Positions 1 to 11,109 of a stretch of 64,000 nt of DNA are shown here, piece after piece. Under the pieces are notes generated by a model, which had not been told where the DNA came from, did no database searches, and saw nothing but the letters and a program-made list of their open reading frames with translations. The number at the start of each line of letters is the position of its first letter. The first letter of the stretch is position 1. A program made the position numbers and the translations under genes. Source of the stretch: Octopus sinensis (lineage: Eukaryota); assembly GCF_006345805.1 (NCBI RefSeq), contig NC_042998.1:79546001-79610000 (forward strand), written 5' to 3'.

Positions 1-1926
1 TGTAAACTAGGTACTTCATGAAGGAGTCATACTCAATGAGTGGCATAGCAGCACCATTAGTCAACTGCTACAAAGGTGATGCTTTAATAAAAATAACTAC
101 AGGGTATCAAACTGCTGGATCAGGTGATAAAGGTCACAGAGTAGGTCATAGCCAAACTAATTAGGAAGGGAGTATGCTTAGATGAGATGCAGTTTGGTTT
201 TGTGCCAGGTAGAAGCACCACTGATGCTATATTCCTGGTAAGGCAACTGCAGGAGAAATACCTAGCCAAAGATAAACCCCTATACTTGGCTTTTGTTGAC
301 TTGGACAGGGTCCCCTGATCCCTTATCTGGTGGGTGATGCAGAAACTAGGGATTAACGAGTAGTTAATAAGAGCTGTACAGGGATGCTGTTAGCAAAGTA
401 AGGGTCAGCAATGAGTATAGTGAAGAATTCCGGGTAGAAGAAGGGGTTCACCAAGAATCAGCCCTCAACCCCCTTTTATTCATCATAGTCTTCCAGGCAA
501 TAACAGAGGAATTCAAGACAGGTTGCCCCTGGGTGCTCCTCTATGCTGATGACCTTGTTCTCATAGCAGAATCGCTATCAGAACTAGAGAATAAAAATTG
601 TGGAAGCAAGGTTTAGAATCAAAGGGCCTTAGAGTCAGTGTTGCAAAAACCAAAGTCCTAGTAAGTAGGAAGGCAAACACATCACAAATCCTTTCGGGTA
701 GATGGCCCTGCTTGATCTGTAGAAAAGGTGTAGTTAGAAACTCTGTACCCAGTGTAAGCTATGGACGCATAAGAGGTGCAGCAACATCTAAGGAAGGTTA
801 ACCAGGATGATAGCTTTTGTGTGCAGCAGATGCACAGGGGCAATAAACGCTGCAGATGCTCAGAAAACAGATTCCATTACATGGTAAGGGAAGAAACTAG
901 AAATAGTTGATAGCTTACACTACCAAGGTGATCAAGTCTGTAATGGGGGTGGATGCTTGGAGAGCATTGCCACTAGAATAAGAATGGTCTGGGCAAAGTT
1001 CAGAAAGCTCCTACCTCTACTGGTGACAAAGGGCCTCTCACTCAGAGTGAAAGGTAGATTGTACGATGCATGTGTGTGAACTGCCATACTACACGGCAGT
1101 GAAACATGGGCCATGAATGCTGAAGACAAGCGTAGGCTTGAAAGAAATGACGCTAGTATGATCCACTGGATGTGTAATGTCAGTATGCACACACAACAGA
1201 GTGTAAGCACCCCAAGAGAAATGTTGGACATAAGAAGCATCAGATGTGTGCAACAGAGACAACTGCACTGGTATGGTCATGTACTGCGGATGGATGAGGA
1301 GAGCTGTGTGAAGAAGTGTCACTCTCTAACAGTGGAAAGAACTTGTAGAGGGAGACCCAGGAAGACATGGGATGAGGTGGTGAAGCATGACCTTCGAACA
1401 TTGGGCTTCACAGAACCAGTGACGAAAGACAGAGACCGCTGGAGATATGCTGTGATTGAGAAGATCCTGCAAGTAAAGTGAGATCACAGCTGTAGCCTAT
1501 ACCAGTGTCGCATAAAAAGCCCATTTCAAAAGTAACTTTGAATTGTTGGGCAACACGCCGTGCTTGATGAGACCTATTGTGTCAAGTAAAATCAAAAATC
1601 AAATCACAATTGAAAATGGAAATTGTAGTTGTGGCTGATGCCAGTGCCACCTGACTGGCTCCCATGCTGGTGGCATGCAATAAGCACCATTCATGCATGG
1701 GTCATTGCCAGTGCCACCTGACTGGCTCCCTGTACCGGTAGCACATAAAAAGCACCCACTACATTCTCAGAGTGGTTGGCATTAGGAAGGGCATCCAGCT
1801 GTAGAAAGATTGCCAGATCAGATTGGAGCCTGGTGTGGCCTCCTGGCTTGTCAGTCCCCAGACAAACCGTCCAACCCAAGCCAGCATGGAAAACGGATGT
1901 TAAACGGTGATGATGGTGATGATGAT
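1..1926 (+). mobile_element. Degenerate RTE-clade LINE (RT C-terminal half, 3' UTR, (GAT)n tail); truncated by the window edge
   Basis: Broken frames give DEMQFGFVPGRSTTDAIFLVRQLQEKY, LYADDL (~540-555), KTK, WYGHVLRM and GRPRKTW. The 3' UTR ends ...ccagcatggaaaacggatgttaaacggtgatgatggtgatgatgat. Confidence 0.9.
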
Positions 1927-2029
1927 ATTTCATACTCAAGAAGAATCATTCTCTACAGCAAAATTGTTAATGTCACTGCCTCTGCTGAAGAAGATTGGCC
2001 TACAAGAGCCCTGTCCTGGCACCATGTAA

Positions 2030-2275
2030 AAAAATGTTCCTGTACAGGCACCATGTAAAAGTACCCATGCTGGTGTCACATAAGAAGCACTGAACACACT
2101 CTGTAAAGTGGTTGGTGTTAGGAAGGGTAAACAACCATAGAAAACCAAGCTGAATTAGACTGGAACCTGGTGCAGCTCTCCAGCTTGCCAACTCTGGTCA
2201 AACTGTTCAACTTATGCCAGCATGGAAAACAGACGTTAAATGATGATGACGATGATGATGATGATGGTGGTGGTG
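2030..2275 (+). mobile_element. Stand-alone RTE 3'-tail element; further copies near 5480-5895, 12870-13045, 37900-38480, 41320-41560, 42180-42365, 48590-48770
   Basis: Shares the gagtggttgg...ggaagggcatccagctgtagaaa...ccagcatggaaaa...(gat)n sequence with the 3' ends of the RTE copies at 1-1926 and 11110-12760. Confidence 0.8.
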
Positions 2276-3399
2276 ATTAGCCTATAGACCTTGTGGACTA
2301 GCACAGATCTTTCGACAACCAAGATCATCCAATTTATTGTTCTGGTTGCTGAGAATCCTGTAGCTTAACCACAAAGCCTAAATGTGTGTCTCTTAAACAT
2401 ATGGTTATCTCACTGTCTAAGCTTTCTAATATTGTGCATTATAATTATATTGAGCTTTGTAACCAGCAAAGCACAAATATGTGTGCATACATGTTTGTGT
2501 GTGTGTATGTGCATTGTGGAAGAGATCCAGTCAGCTGAAACAGTCAATTGCCTGAAATTTTGTGGGAAAATAAAGGAAACAATTTAATTGTCATTATGGC
2601 ATTTTTATAATTGTTTATTTGCATATTTATATTTGCTGGTCTCATTTTATGCACTAATGTTGCATGTGCATGAGTCTGCATCATCATTAGCTTGTATATT
2701 TTTGTTTTGCTTATATCATTTAACAATAACATTCTCATTATACATATTCTTTATGAGAAACAAAAATTATTATAAGCAAACTTTTGCCCTTGCACAGCAA
2801 GCATCATTCCAATTAGCTACACACACATACACACAACATATACATAATGTTATCACTTCACCATATCTCAATAGTTATATTGGTAACACAAAATGAGGTC
2901 AGATATCTTATAAATGCATAGACACAAACATCAGAGTAAAATTACAGAACATTAAAACAGTAACTCTAATAAGCATGTTTCTCCCATCACCAGTACTTAA
3001 CAGTACTGGCCAAGCATGTTGGTCTAGTGTGCTTAGTTATAATTAAAAAATAAACCAACTGCAGCAATGTGTCCTGGGTTAATTAGTATACCTCACAGTA
3101 ATGAGAACCGGATGTTAAAATAATAACGATAACAAGAATACAGAATTTCAATGAGTAAAAATTCACTCCATAGCATGTAAAAAAAAAATGAATATAAAAA
3201 CATGGATGAAAAAGAGGCATGGAAAAATAACTGTACAAGGTGGGGTAGAGAATATGCGGAAGAGAGCAGGTCTAATCCAGTTACTTCAATAACTGGGGTA
3301 GATCCTTCAATAGCATAAAGTTCACAGCTATACAGTCAAAAACACTAAGGCAAGAAAAGCAACTGGGCTATCCATCAGAAATAGTCTATGACATGCTGA

Positions 3400-3800
3400 G
3401 AAATATTTAGCAAAAATGGTTAAATACATTACTTCCTTAGTCAATGAGGTTGTACAGAGATATGTCATACACAATGATTAGTGGGAGTAGTATCACGGTC
3501 AACTGCTACAAGGATAAAAAGATGTTCCAGAAAGAAACAACTAAAAAAGCACTAAATTTACAAATCAGGTTATAAAAGTAATAGCATAATGGATTAGAAA
3601 GAGAATTAACTTAGATGAAATGCAGTTGAAGTTTTGCGAAAATAAGATACCACTGATGTCCTCTTCCTAATGAGGCACTTACAGATAGATGTCCTCAGCT
3701 AAGAGTAAGCCACCCAAGTTGCATTTGGTGACCTGATGACAGCCTGATGACATGGTACCATACTTAATTTTGAAAATAATGAAGAAATGGATAAAATAAC
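3400..3800 (+). mobile_element. Old, heavily decayed RTE RT fragment
   Basis: Similar to window 30-330 (gtcaactgctacaa...; ttagatgaaatgcagtt...ccactgatg). Confidence 0.6.
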
Positions 3801-4099
3801 TGTCTTTACTGAGCTGGTGTATGGAAAATATAGTAACATGAATTTTTGATAGGTTTTTATTTAGATTATGTAAAATAGTAAGTTTGTATCAAAGAACCAA
3901 TGGTAATCTCAGACAGGTTGGTATCAAAAGGGTTAATTTCTATTTTAACTAAGAAAATTAAAAACTATCATTAAATAATTATACACATGAGTAGGCAAAA
4001 AAAAAAAAACTTGATATACAGTCTTATTACCAATTATAGAAAAGTGGGATATAAATTTTGGTGGCAAGACTTCCTTTTGTACTCCCCACCCACCCTTTT

Positions 4100-4550
4100 T
4101 TTTCTACCTAAAACCCCTATTTTCGGCTACAGAGAATACGAATCAGCAAAAAAAATTGGCAAAAATCGGCATTTTGAAATTACCTCCCCCCCGCCTAATC
4201 TCTACATTTTTAACTCTTTACAGAATTTCTTTTTTTTCAAAATATGCGGAAAAATATGGAGATTTCTGAAAATACATTTCCAAATTTTTGTAAAATTTCA
4301 ATTAAAAAAAAGAAAATTACACCTCCCCCTCCCCTCACAGTGTACAACTACTTTTTTCAAAAAATTTTGTTTTTCAAAATATGTGGAAAAATACAGAGAA
4401 TTTGCATCTGAAAATTTTCAAAAATTTTTGTGGTTAGGGAAAAATATCAAATATGAAGAAATTGCAGGGGCTGAAATTTCAAAATGCCGATTTTTGGCAA
4501 TTTTCCGGAATCTCTGTATCCGAAAACGGTGGTTTTTTGGAAGAAAAAAA
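4100..4550. mobile_element. Fold-back/MITE-like element with internal inverted repeats
   Basis: 4110-4200 (ttttcggctacagag...aaaaatcggcattttgaaatt) is inverted at 4455-4545 (aatttcaaaatgccgattttt...ctctgtatccgaaaa). Confidence 0.55.
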
Positions 4551-4598
4551 AAAAAAAAGGAGGAAATGGGCAATTTACATTTATATTTATATTCTTAT

Positions 4599-4890
4599 GG
4601 CGTAGGAGTGGCTGTGTGGTAAGTAGCTTGCTTATGAACCACATGGTTCCAGGTTCAATCCCATAGCGTGGCACATGTGTGTATATGTTTGTATGTCTGT
4701 GTTTGTCCCCTGAACATTGCTTGACAACCAATGGTGGTGTGTTTACGTCCCCGTAACTTAGCGGTTCGGCAAAAGAGACCGATAGAATAAGTAATAGGCT
4801 TACAAAGAATAATTCCAGGGGTCGATTTGCTCAACTAAAGGTCGTGCTCCAGCATGGCCACAGTCACATGACTGAAACAAGTAAAAGAGT
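4599..4890 (+). mobile_element. tRNA-derived SINE with CR1-type tail; other copies near 8285-8680 (+), 24285-24372 (+), 29690-29900 (-), 33215-33345 (-), 38990-39170 (-), 44980-45310 (-), 51040-51400, 51680-52760 (-)
   Basis: A-box/B-box head (tggctgtgtggtaag...ggttcaatccc), an internal microsatellite, a conserved body (gtttacgtccccgtaacttagcggttcggcaaaagagaccgatagaataag) and the tail cagcatggccacagtc..gactgaaacaagtaaaaga. Confidence 0.85.
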
Positions 4891-5193
4891 TACTTCTCAT
4901 TGTCTATTTGGACATTACGTGACATTTCCACTTTCCTGTTGTCACAAAGTGAAAGAATGCCATTTTCTTCTTTTTTTTACAACTAAGAAACAATTTGCAT
5001 TTTTGTATTTAGTTTGCAAAGTTCTTGATCTGAACTTGTGTGTTGAATCAGAATTTGTTTTATCTTGGATGGGTCATTACACTAATAATAAACACATGCA
5101 CTGGTTAAATTTCCCTTTATTTGTCAATTGGTTAATTAGTTAACCAACTAATTAATTGATTGTTTGATTAATCAACCAATCAGTTCTGTTTAC

Positions 5194-5237
5194 CAAAGTC
5201 CTTTCTTCATCGTTTGCAAGATAGATCTGAGGCTGAC
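5194..5237 (-). CDS. Putative coding exon 2 of an unidentified minus-strand gene (GQPQIYLANDEERTL)
   Basis: On minus, a long pyrimidine tract tctctttctctctgctccAG, a 44-nt exon, then TTG|GTAAAC. The phase-1 start matches the phase of the 9659-9686 exon. No homology recognised. Confidence 0.4.
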
Positions 5238-6036
5238 CTGGAGCAGAGAGAAAGAGAGCATATCACTGAAGAGACTGCGAATCACAATGAAAGGACTTTG
5301 GCAAACACAAATGATTGATAGACAAATTGAACCAGTGTATGTGTTTATTATTGTAACAATGAATTTAGAATATTTTGGGCATGTTGTTCAGTACAACACT
5401 ACTTAAGTTGAACTTGGAGGAGGTCACTGATATTAATTTTCATGAGGAGTCTGTACATTGTTTTTTTTTCCTGTATGAGTGCTATCTGAGCGTGATCGTT
5501 GCCAGAGTGGCTAACTGGCTTCATGCCAGTGGCACGTAAAAAGCAGCATTTGAGTATGATTGTTACCAGTATCGCCTTACCGGCACGTGAAAAAACATTT
5601 GAGTGAGGTCGTTGCCAGTGCTGCTGGACTGGCTCCTGTGCACGTGGCATGTAAAAAACACCATTTGAGCGTAGCCGTTGCCAGTACCACCTGACTGGCC
5701 CTCGTGCCACTGGCATGTAAAATCACCCACTACACTCTCGGAGTGAGTGGTTGGTGTTATGAAGGGCATCCAGCTGTACAAACTCTGCCAGATCAAGATT
5801 GGAGCCTGGTGCAACCATCTGGTTCGCCAGTCCTCAGTCAAATCGTCCAACCCATGCTAGCATGGAAAGCTGACATTAAATGATGATGATGATGGGTATA
5901 AGGAGTGGAGGAACTGAAATTCATATTACCTTTCTCAATTACATTAATGATTAAAATGGTAAGAAACACAGTCATACTCTATTATTAGCTATTGATATTT
6001 ACTTAACATTTGTTAATATCCTCAAAAATGTATATA

Positions 6037-6255
6037 CGAGGGGGTACTGAAAAGTTCCTGGCTTTGGGTAAAAGAAAATACAGGAGGATCAGTTAATTAT
6101 GATTTTATTCAACATATTTCCCTCTCAGATTCACACACAATGATTGCAGCAGCCCTTTAGTTTTTTTAAGCCCTGTAAAAGAACTCAGAAGGTTGGGTCT
6201 CCAGACAGGTCTTTCATGATACCCTTAAAACCAGGAACTTTACAGCATTCCCTCA
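6037..6255. mobile_element. Mariner-like MITE (duplicated at 23164-23382; decayed relative near 41960-42180)
   Basis: TA|cgagggggtactgaaaagttcctgg ... ccaggaactttacagcattccctca|TA: imperfect terminal inverted repeats with TA flanks. Confidence 0.7.
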
Positions 6256-6439
6256 TATCATGCTTTCTCAATTTTCATCTGGAGCGATTCAGAAATGACT
6301 ATCGGGTCTTGTTTTCAGGACAGTGTTTCTATATTCAGTGTATCCTTTTCAAGAAGTCAAGGTATAACTTGACTATTTGGCTGCTATTACTAACAGGTCA
6401 AGTGATTACATAGGTATTATACCTATGTAAGAAGTAATA

Positions 6440-6735
6440 CATAACACTTAATCATTAAGCAGACCCTAGCTCAAGTTAATATCTCCTTAGTTCTGGAACC
6501 AGCAGGATTATCTACAAGTGATGGGAAGAGACCAGAGGATCTTATCTTTTGTACCTGAGTGAGAGGTAGGTGCCTTATCTGAGACATCACAATCTGTAAC
6601 TCCTTTGCTCCCTTCCACATCTTTGGTGCTGCTGTAAATGAGAGGGTTACTGCTTCTATTGTTGAACACAACAAAATTCTTAAGTATCAGGACTTGTCAG
6701 TGAATCATTTCTTCCAGTCTATGGCGTTTGAAATG
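6440..6735 (+). mobile_element. CRE-like non-LTR retrotransposon relic (restriction-like endonuclease region)
   Basis: Broken frames give DGKRPE(D), GRCLI*DITICNSFAP and KILKYQDL...FQSMAFE, matching the PD-(D/E)xK RLE region of CRE-type elements. Confidence 0.6.
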
Positions 6736-6746
6736 TCTGGAGGGAT

Positions 6747-7848
6747 CACCTTGACCAACCAGTCCGTCGGGCATCCATTTGACACCGTTGGTCACTCCTC
6801 TCTGGATCGCGCCTTCCTCATCCACGTGATCCCAATCGCCCTCCTGAAATTGTGGAGGGCTTCCGAGTGGTCATTTCCGCTCGCACGGGTACCACTTGAC
6901 AAGTGCACGGGTCCACCGATTATTGGTGAGCCAGGCAACGTGTCCAGCCCATCTAAACTTACTGCATGTATATCCTACGATGACATCCCTCATGCCGGAC
7001 TTCTCTCTGATGACCTCACTACTGATGTGCTCTCTCAACGAGATTCCAAGCATTAACCTCTCCATGGCTCTTTGAGCCGTTACCAATCTCTGCTCTTCTC
7101 TTTGTTGTAGGCCATGGTTCACTACCATATAACATTGCAGGTAAAACTGTGCTATTGATGAAGTTGGTGCGGGTGGTCCTGTCCAACCTTCCTTTGAGCA
7201 CATCCCTTATTCCATTAAACGCCTTCCATCCGGCCCTTACTCTCTGCGAAATCTCCTTTTCGATATCTCGGCACATATTCACTTCCTGTCCCAGGTAGAC
7301 ATATTCTTTTACCTCCTCTATTTCATCAGTGCCGACCACAATTTGACCTGTTGGTATGTTGTCAGACTGCACGAACTTCATTTTCATGCGGTTCATCTTG
7401 AGACCTATTGCAGAGCTTTTGATGTTGAGCTCCGTCAGCATAGTCTGAAGCTGGTCCATGGTTTCAGTGATGATTACGATGTCATCAGTGAAACAGAGGT
7501 GAGTGAGTAACTCGCCATTGATGTTGACACTGCCTTGCCAGTCGATGCCTCTGATGATCTGCTCGAGACATGCGGTGAAAGTTTTGGAGAGATCGCATCT
7601 CCTTGCTTTACTCCCTTCTCGACTTGCACTTGTACAGGTGATGACAGCAGAGCTATGTCGGTGGTGCAACTGCTTGAGTGGGCGAATGAGTACAAGCTGC
7701 CTCTTTGTGTTGCATTTGTAGACTATGAGAAGGCCTTTGACAGCGTCGAAACCAACGCAGTGCTGAACTTGCTGCAGTGGCAAGGAGTCGAGGTGCAATA
7801 TGTGCAACTGCTCAGGGAGACAAATTCTGGATGCACCACCGACATAGC
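6747..7848 (-). mobile_element. 5'-truncated RTE LINE with an inverted 5' segment and 11-bp TSD
   Basis: Minus strand gives GVKQGDAISPK, LCFTDD, YVYLGQ, AMLYGSE and WAGHVA. The 7665-7848 piece is on plus (VAFVDYEKAFDSV). TSD tctggagggat at 6736-6746 and 7849-7859; the empty site is seen in duplication copy 2. Confidence 0.9.
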
Positions 7849-9039
7849 TCTGGAGGGATAGCGCAACTAATAACAAAGTTCTTGTCATTGGCGACTCACC
7901 TTACCAAGGTGTTAGGTGATGCCAGTGAGAGTGGCATCACCTAACACTCTCTTGGCTGTTTCAACACCTTAGCCCCACCATTACCTGTGGTAACACAGCG
8001 AACGTGTTGGTTTGCTTCTGTAGGTTCTGTTGTACCTTGTTGTGTGCGACCAATGGAAGCACTTAGTATTGAACTGATAATTTTTGCTTCCTCTTTTTCT
8101 CTTTTTCTTTCTTCGCTCATGTTCGTGTTTTCTTCAGTTTGGGGTTTGTATTTTAATGTGGTTTGTATCATATACATGTGTTATAAATGTAATTGTTAAA
8201 TTATCTGAATAAATAGACAGTTAATTAAAAATTAAAAAAAAAACTTTTAATGTTACTCTTTTTGTTTAGGACAAAAAAAAAACATTTGATTGTGTGGTAA
8301 GTAGCTTGCTTACGAACCACATGGTTCCGGGTTCAGTCCCACTGTGTGGCACCTTGGGCAAGTGTCTTCTCGGGCCGACCAAAGCTTTGTGAGTGGATTT
8401 CGAAGACGGAAACTGAAAGAAGCCCGTCGTATATATGTATGTATATATATTTATGTGTGTGTGTGTGTGTGTGTGTGTATGTTTGTGTGTCTGTTTGTCC
8501 CCCCAACGTCGCTTGACAACCGATGCTGGTGTGTTTACGTCCCCGTGACTTAGCTGTTCGGCAAAGTAACCGATAGAATAAGTACTAGGCTTACAAAGAA
8601 TAAGTCCTAGGGTCGATTTGCTCAACTAAAGACGTTGCTCCAGCTTGGCCACAGTCAAATGACTGAAACAAGTAAGAGAGGAAAAGAGGACCTATATAAG
8701 TGCTAAAAAGACATAAAGGGTGATAACATCTTAATTCGAAATTAAGGCGATTTTTCGATTATATAGAAATGCTGCAACCACAGAGGTGGTACTGCAGTGG
8801 CTGCTAACAGAAAGTTCATAAGTTCTGTTGACTTGCTTTGAAAGTATTTTCATCTCGTAACGCACATTAAGAATAAAAATATTCCTGGATCTTACACATT
8901 ATTACGTACTAAAATGGATTTTGATATTTTAAATTAAATACTTACCCCTCTCTCTCTCTCTCATACATCCTCGTAATATATAAAATGAAAGTTGTTTTTT
9001 TCTTTTTTTTTGCTCCGTATAGTAAACAATATTTCGTCT

Positions 9040-9830
9040 CCGTTTTGGTATTTCAAGTAAGCCATATTTTTATACATTCCTCCCTACATTTCTTCGAAAT
9101 TACGCGGTCGTTTTTACTACTTCGTAGAATTTGAGGAATAAAGTTATAAGCTGTCCCGCATATTTGCCACCGAAATAGAAAATAAAGGCTCATTCTTGCG
9201 CATGCAGATATGCGTCTGTTGAAAAGTATTCCAACCGTGACAATTCTGTCTTTTTGTTGTTGTTTTTTAACATTTCAACCATACCTATCCAGTCTGTGTT
9301 AAAAAGCGCTCCAATCGTGAACATCCCTAACGTACAGGTCACCTGGAAATTGTGGTATAATTTTACCGAAATTGTTGGGTGTCAAACGAAAAACGAAACT
9401 GTACTTGCGCCGACAGCGAATTTCTCCTACAAGTTCGATTCACAGATCCGATCGAACTTTAACACAAAGAACAACTTAATTGAAAACAAGGCAACAGGAC
9501 AGAGAATAAATATGGAGGTGGCGTGGATCGAATAAATATGCAACTATCCGAGAAGCGAAGTGTTTGATATCGAAAAATACATTGCCCAACTCACACAAAA
9601 TTAAAGCAACTTACATCAAACTTTTTCTTGTAGATAACAGATGATAATATAGACTTACCAGCAACACATGATTCTTGCGACGACATAATTATTGCACAGA
9701 CCTAGATTTCGGAATCAGTAACGCGCTGCTACTAGCCTGCATATGACCGATGTTTGTTAATTTGTTGTTTCATCCTCTCACTTCCTTTCTTTTACTCCTC
9801 CTCCGTTTATTTGAAACTCAATCTTAAGTC
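9040..9830 (-). promoter_or_regulatory. CpG-enriched promoter/first-exon region of the minus-strand gene
   Basis: CpG is locally enriched in non-repetitive sequence around an ATG followed by a consensus GTAAGT donor. Confidence 0.45.
9659..9686 (-). CDS. Putative first coding exon (MSSQESCVAG) of an unidentified gene
   Basis: Minus strand: ataattATG TCG TCG CAA GAA TCA TGT GTT GCT G|GTAAGT. Confidence 0.45.
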
Positions 9831-10049
9831 CAATAACACAAGATAGAGAAAAAATAATATAAACTTACATATTGTATTTTATTAACAATATATTTTCATC
9901 GGAAGAAAAGGAGTGAAAAAAACCAATAAAAGCATAAATTATCAAACTATAGAGAAAACAGCCCATAACTACTTCACAAAGGAAAATAACAACAAAAGGA
10001 CGAATTAAGCAGTAGCTGGGAGAGGGAAATTAAGAAGCTGAACATGGGG

Positions 10050-10900
10050 GGGGGGAGTAACATGTGCATTATTACAAAGGCGTTGCTATGGAGAATGAGC
10101 AGCAACAGCCACCCCACCTCACAGGGTGCATTTCACAGATGGGCCGTTACCCAATTTTTCCGAGGGGATCAACAGTGCAGGGTCCAAGAACACCTGCAGT
10201 TTTGACAGCAACCTGCACAAACAAGTAGCAGCCAGTCAGGCTACTGTATTCGTTCATTTTCCTTTCCTCTGCATTAAGTGTGGTGATACCCAGGTCTGCT
10301 GTTGACGCAGCAAGGTTGGAGTCGGAGAGAGTGTAGTAGCACATCGCATCCTGGTTTAGGAAGAGGGTTATTCCATCAGGGTACTTACCATCCCTATGGT
10401 CAAGATCTACTGGCTCCAGTTGTGATGGGAAACCATCCATGTTGAAGCCCCTTCTTAATTGTGTCATTCAGAGTGTTGGGGGAACTGACCCATGCTTTGA
10501 CTGTAGGCAAAATTCATTGTCTACTGCTCCACAACAGCATTTCTGTGGCTCACACCCATGGACAATTAAATACTGAGCCACTCTGATACAAATGCACTCA
10601 CCATCAAGAAAGGTACTAGTTGATGAGGAGGGCACCAAATGGAGCCATGTACTGCTGTTTGGCTGTGAAATGGAATGGAAGCAGGTGAGGCAGGGTGGTC
10701 TTAGTATGTCTCAATCTGCCTCAAGGCAGAGTTGCAGTTGATGTCATCCCAGTTACAGTGGACATTTGTATTCTGGAGGACAGGTTTAGCCATGGACCAA
10801 CAGAGCCAAGTTCAGTGCAGAACAGGGGCCAAGGCCACTGAATTTAACAAGTAGTTTAGCCTATTGCCAGCTGGTGCTGTCAAAACTGACACTGTGGATG
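10050..10900 (-). mobile_element. CRE-like non-LTR retrotransposon 3' relic
   Basis: ORF 10147-10467: LEPVDLDHRDGKYPDGITLF...AEERKMNEYSSLTGCYLFVQVAVKTAGVLGP, typical of the RLE domain. Confidence 0.7.
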
Positions 10901-11109
10901 TATTATTATTGGTCTGGCAGAATCGTTATTGTACTGGATGAAATGCTTAGTGACATGGTTCTATGTTCTGAGTTTTGAATGAGACTGATTTTATCTTTCC
11001 TTCAGATTTTAGACTTCAATAAGAAAGATTAGAGTTTTGTGAAAAAATGAGAAATTTCATTAAAAAATATTTTTGTCCTCCTTTCACCTAAATTTTTCCT
11101 TTACAAACG

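Larger units (their letters stand above)
5761..8370 (+). repeat. Local segmental duplication, copy 1 (contains an extra 1.1 kb RTE insertion)
   Basis: 5761-6746 plus 7860-8370 align almost base for base with 22888-24363. Confidence 0.95.

Noticed and set aside
2290-2377. Candidate exon 3 of the minus-strand gene (ALWLSYRILSNQ..., faintly BH4-like)
   Set aside because: Weak pyrimidine tract, weak donor (GTCTAT) and no convincing homology.
3987-4622. 211-aa ORF
   Set aside because: F/K-rich translation of a homopolymer-rich fold-back repeat running into a SINE.
9254-9535. 93-aa ORF near the CpG-rich region
   Set aside because: Non-ATG start, no homology, and it includes a fragment of the dispersed repeat.
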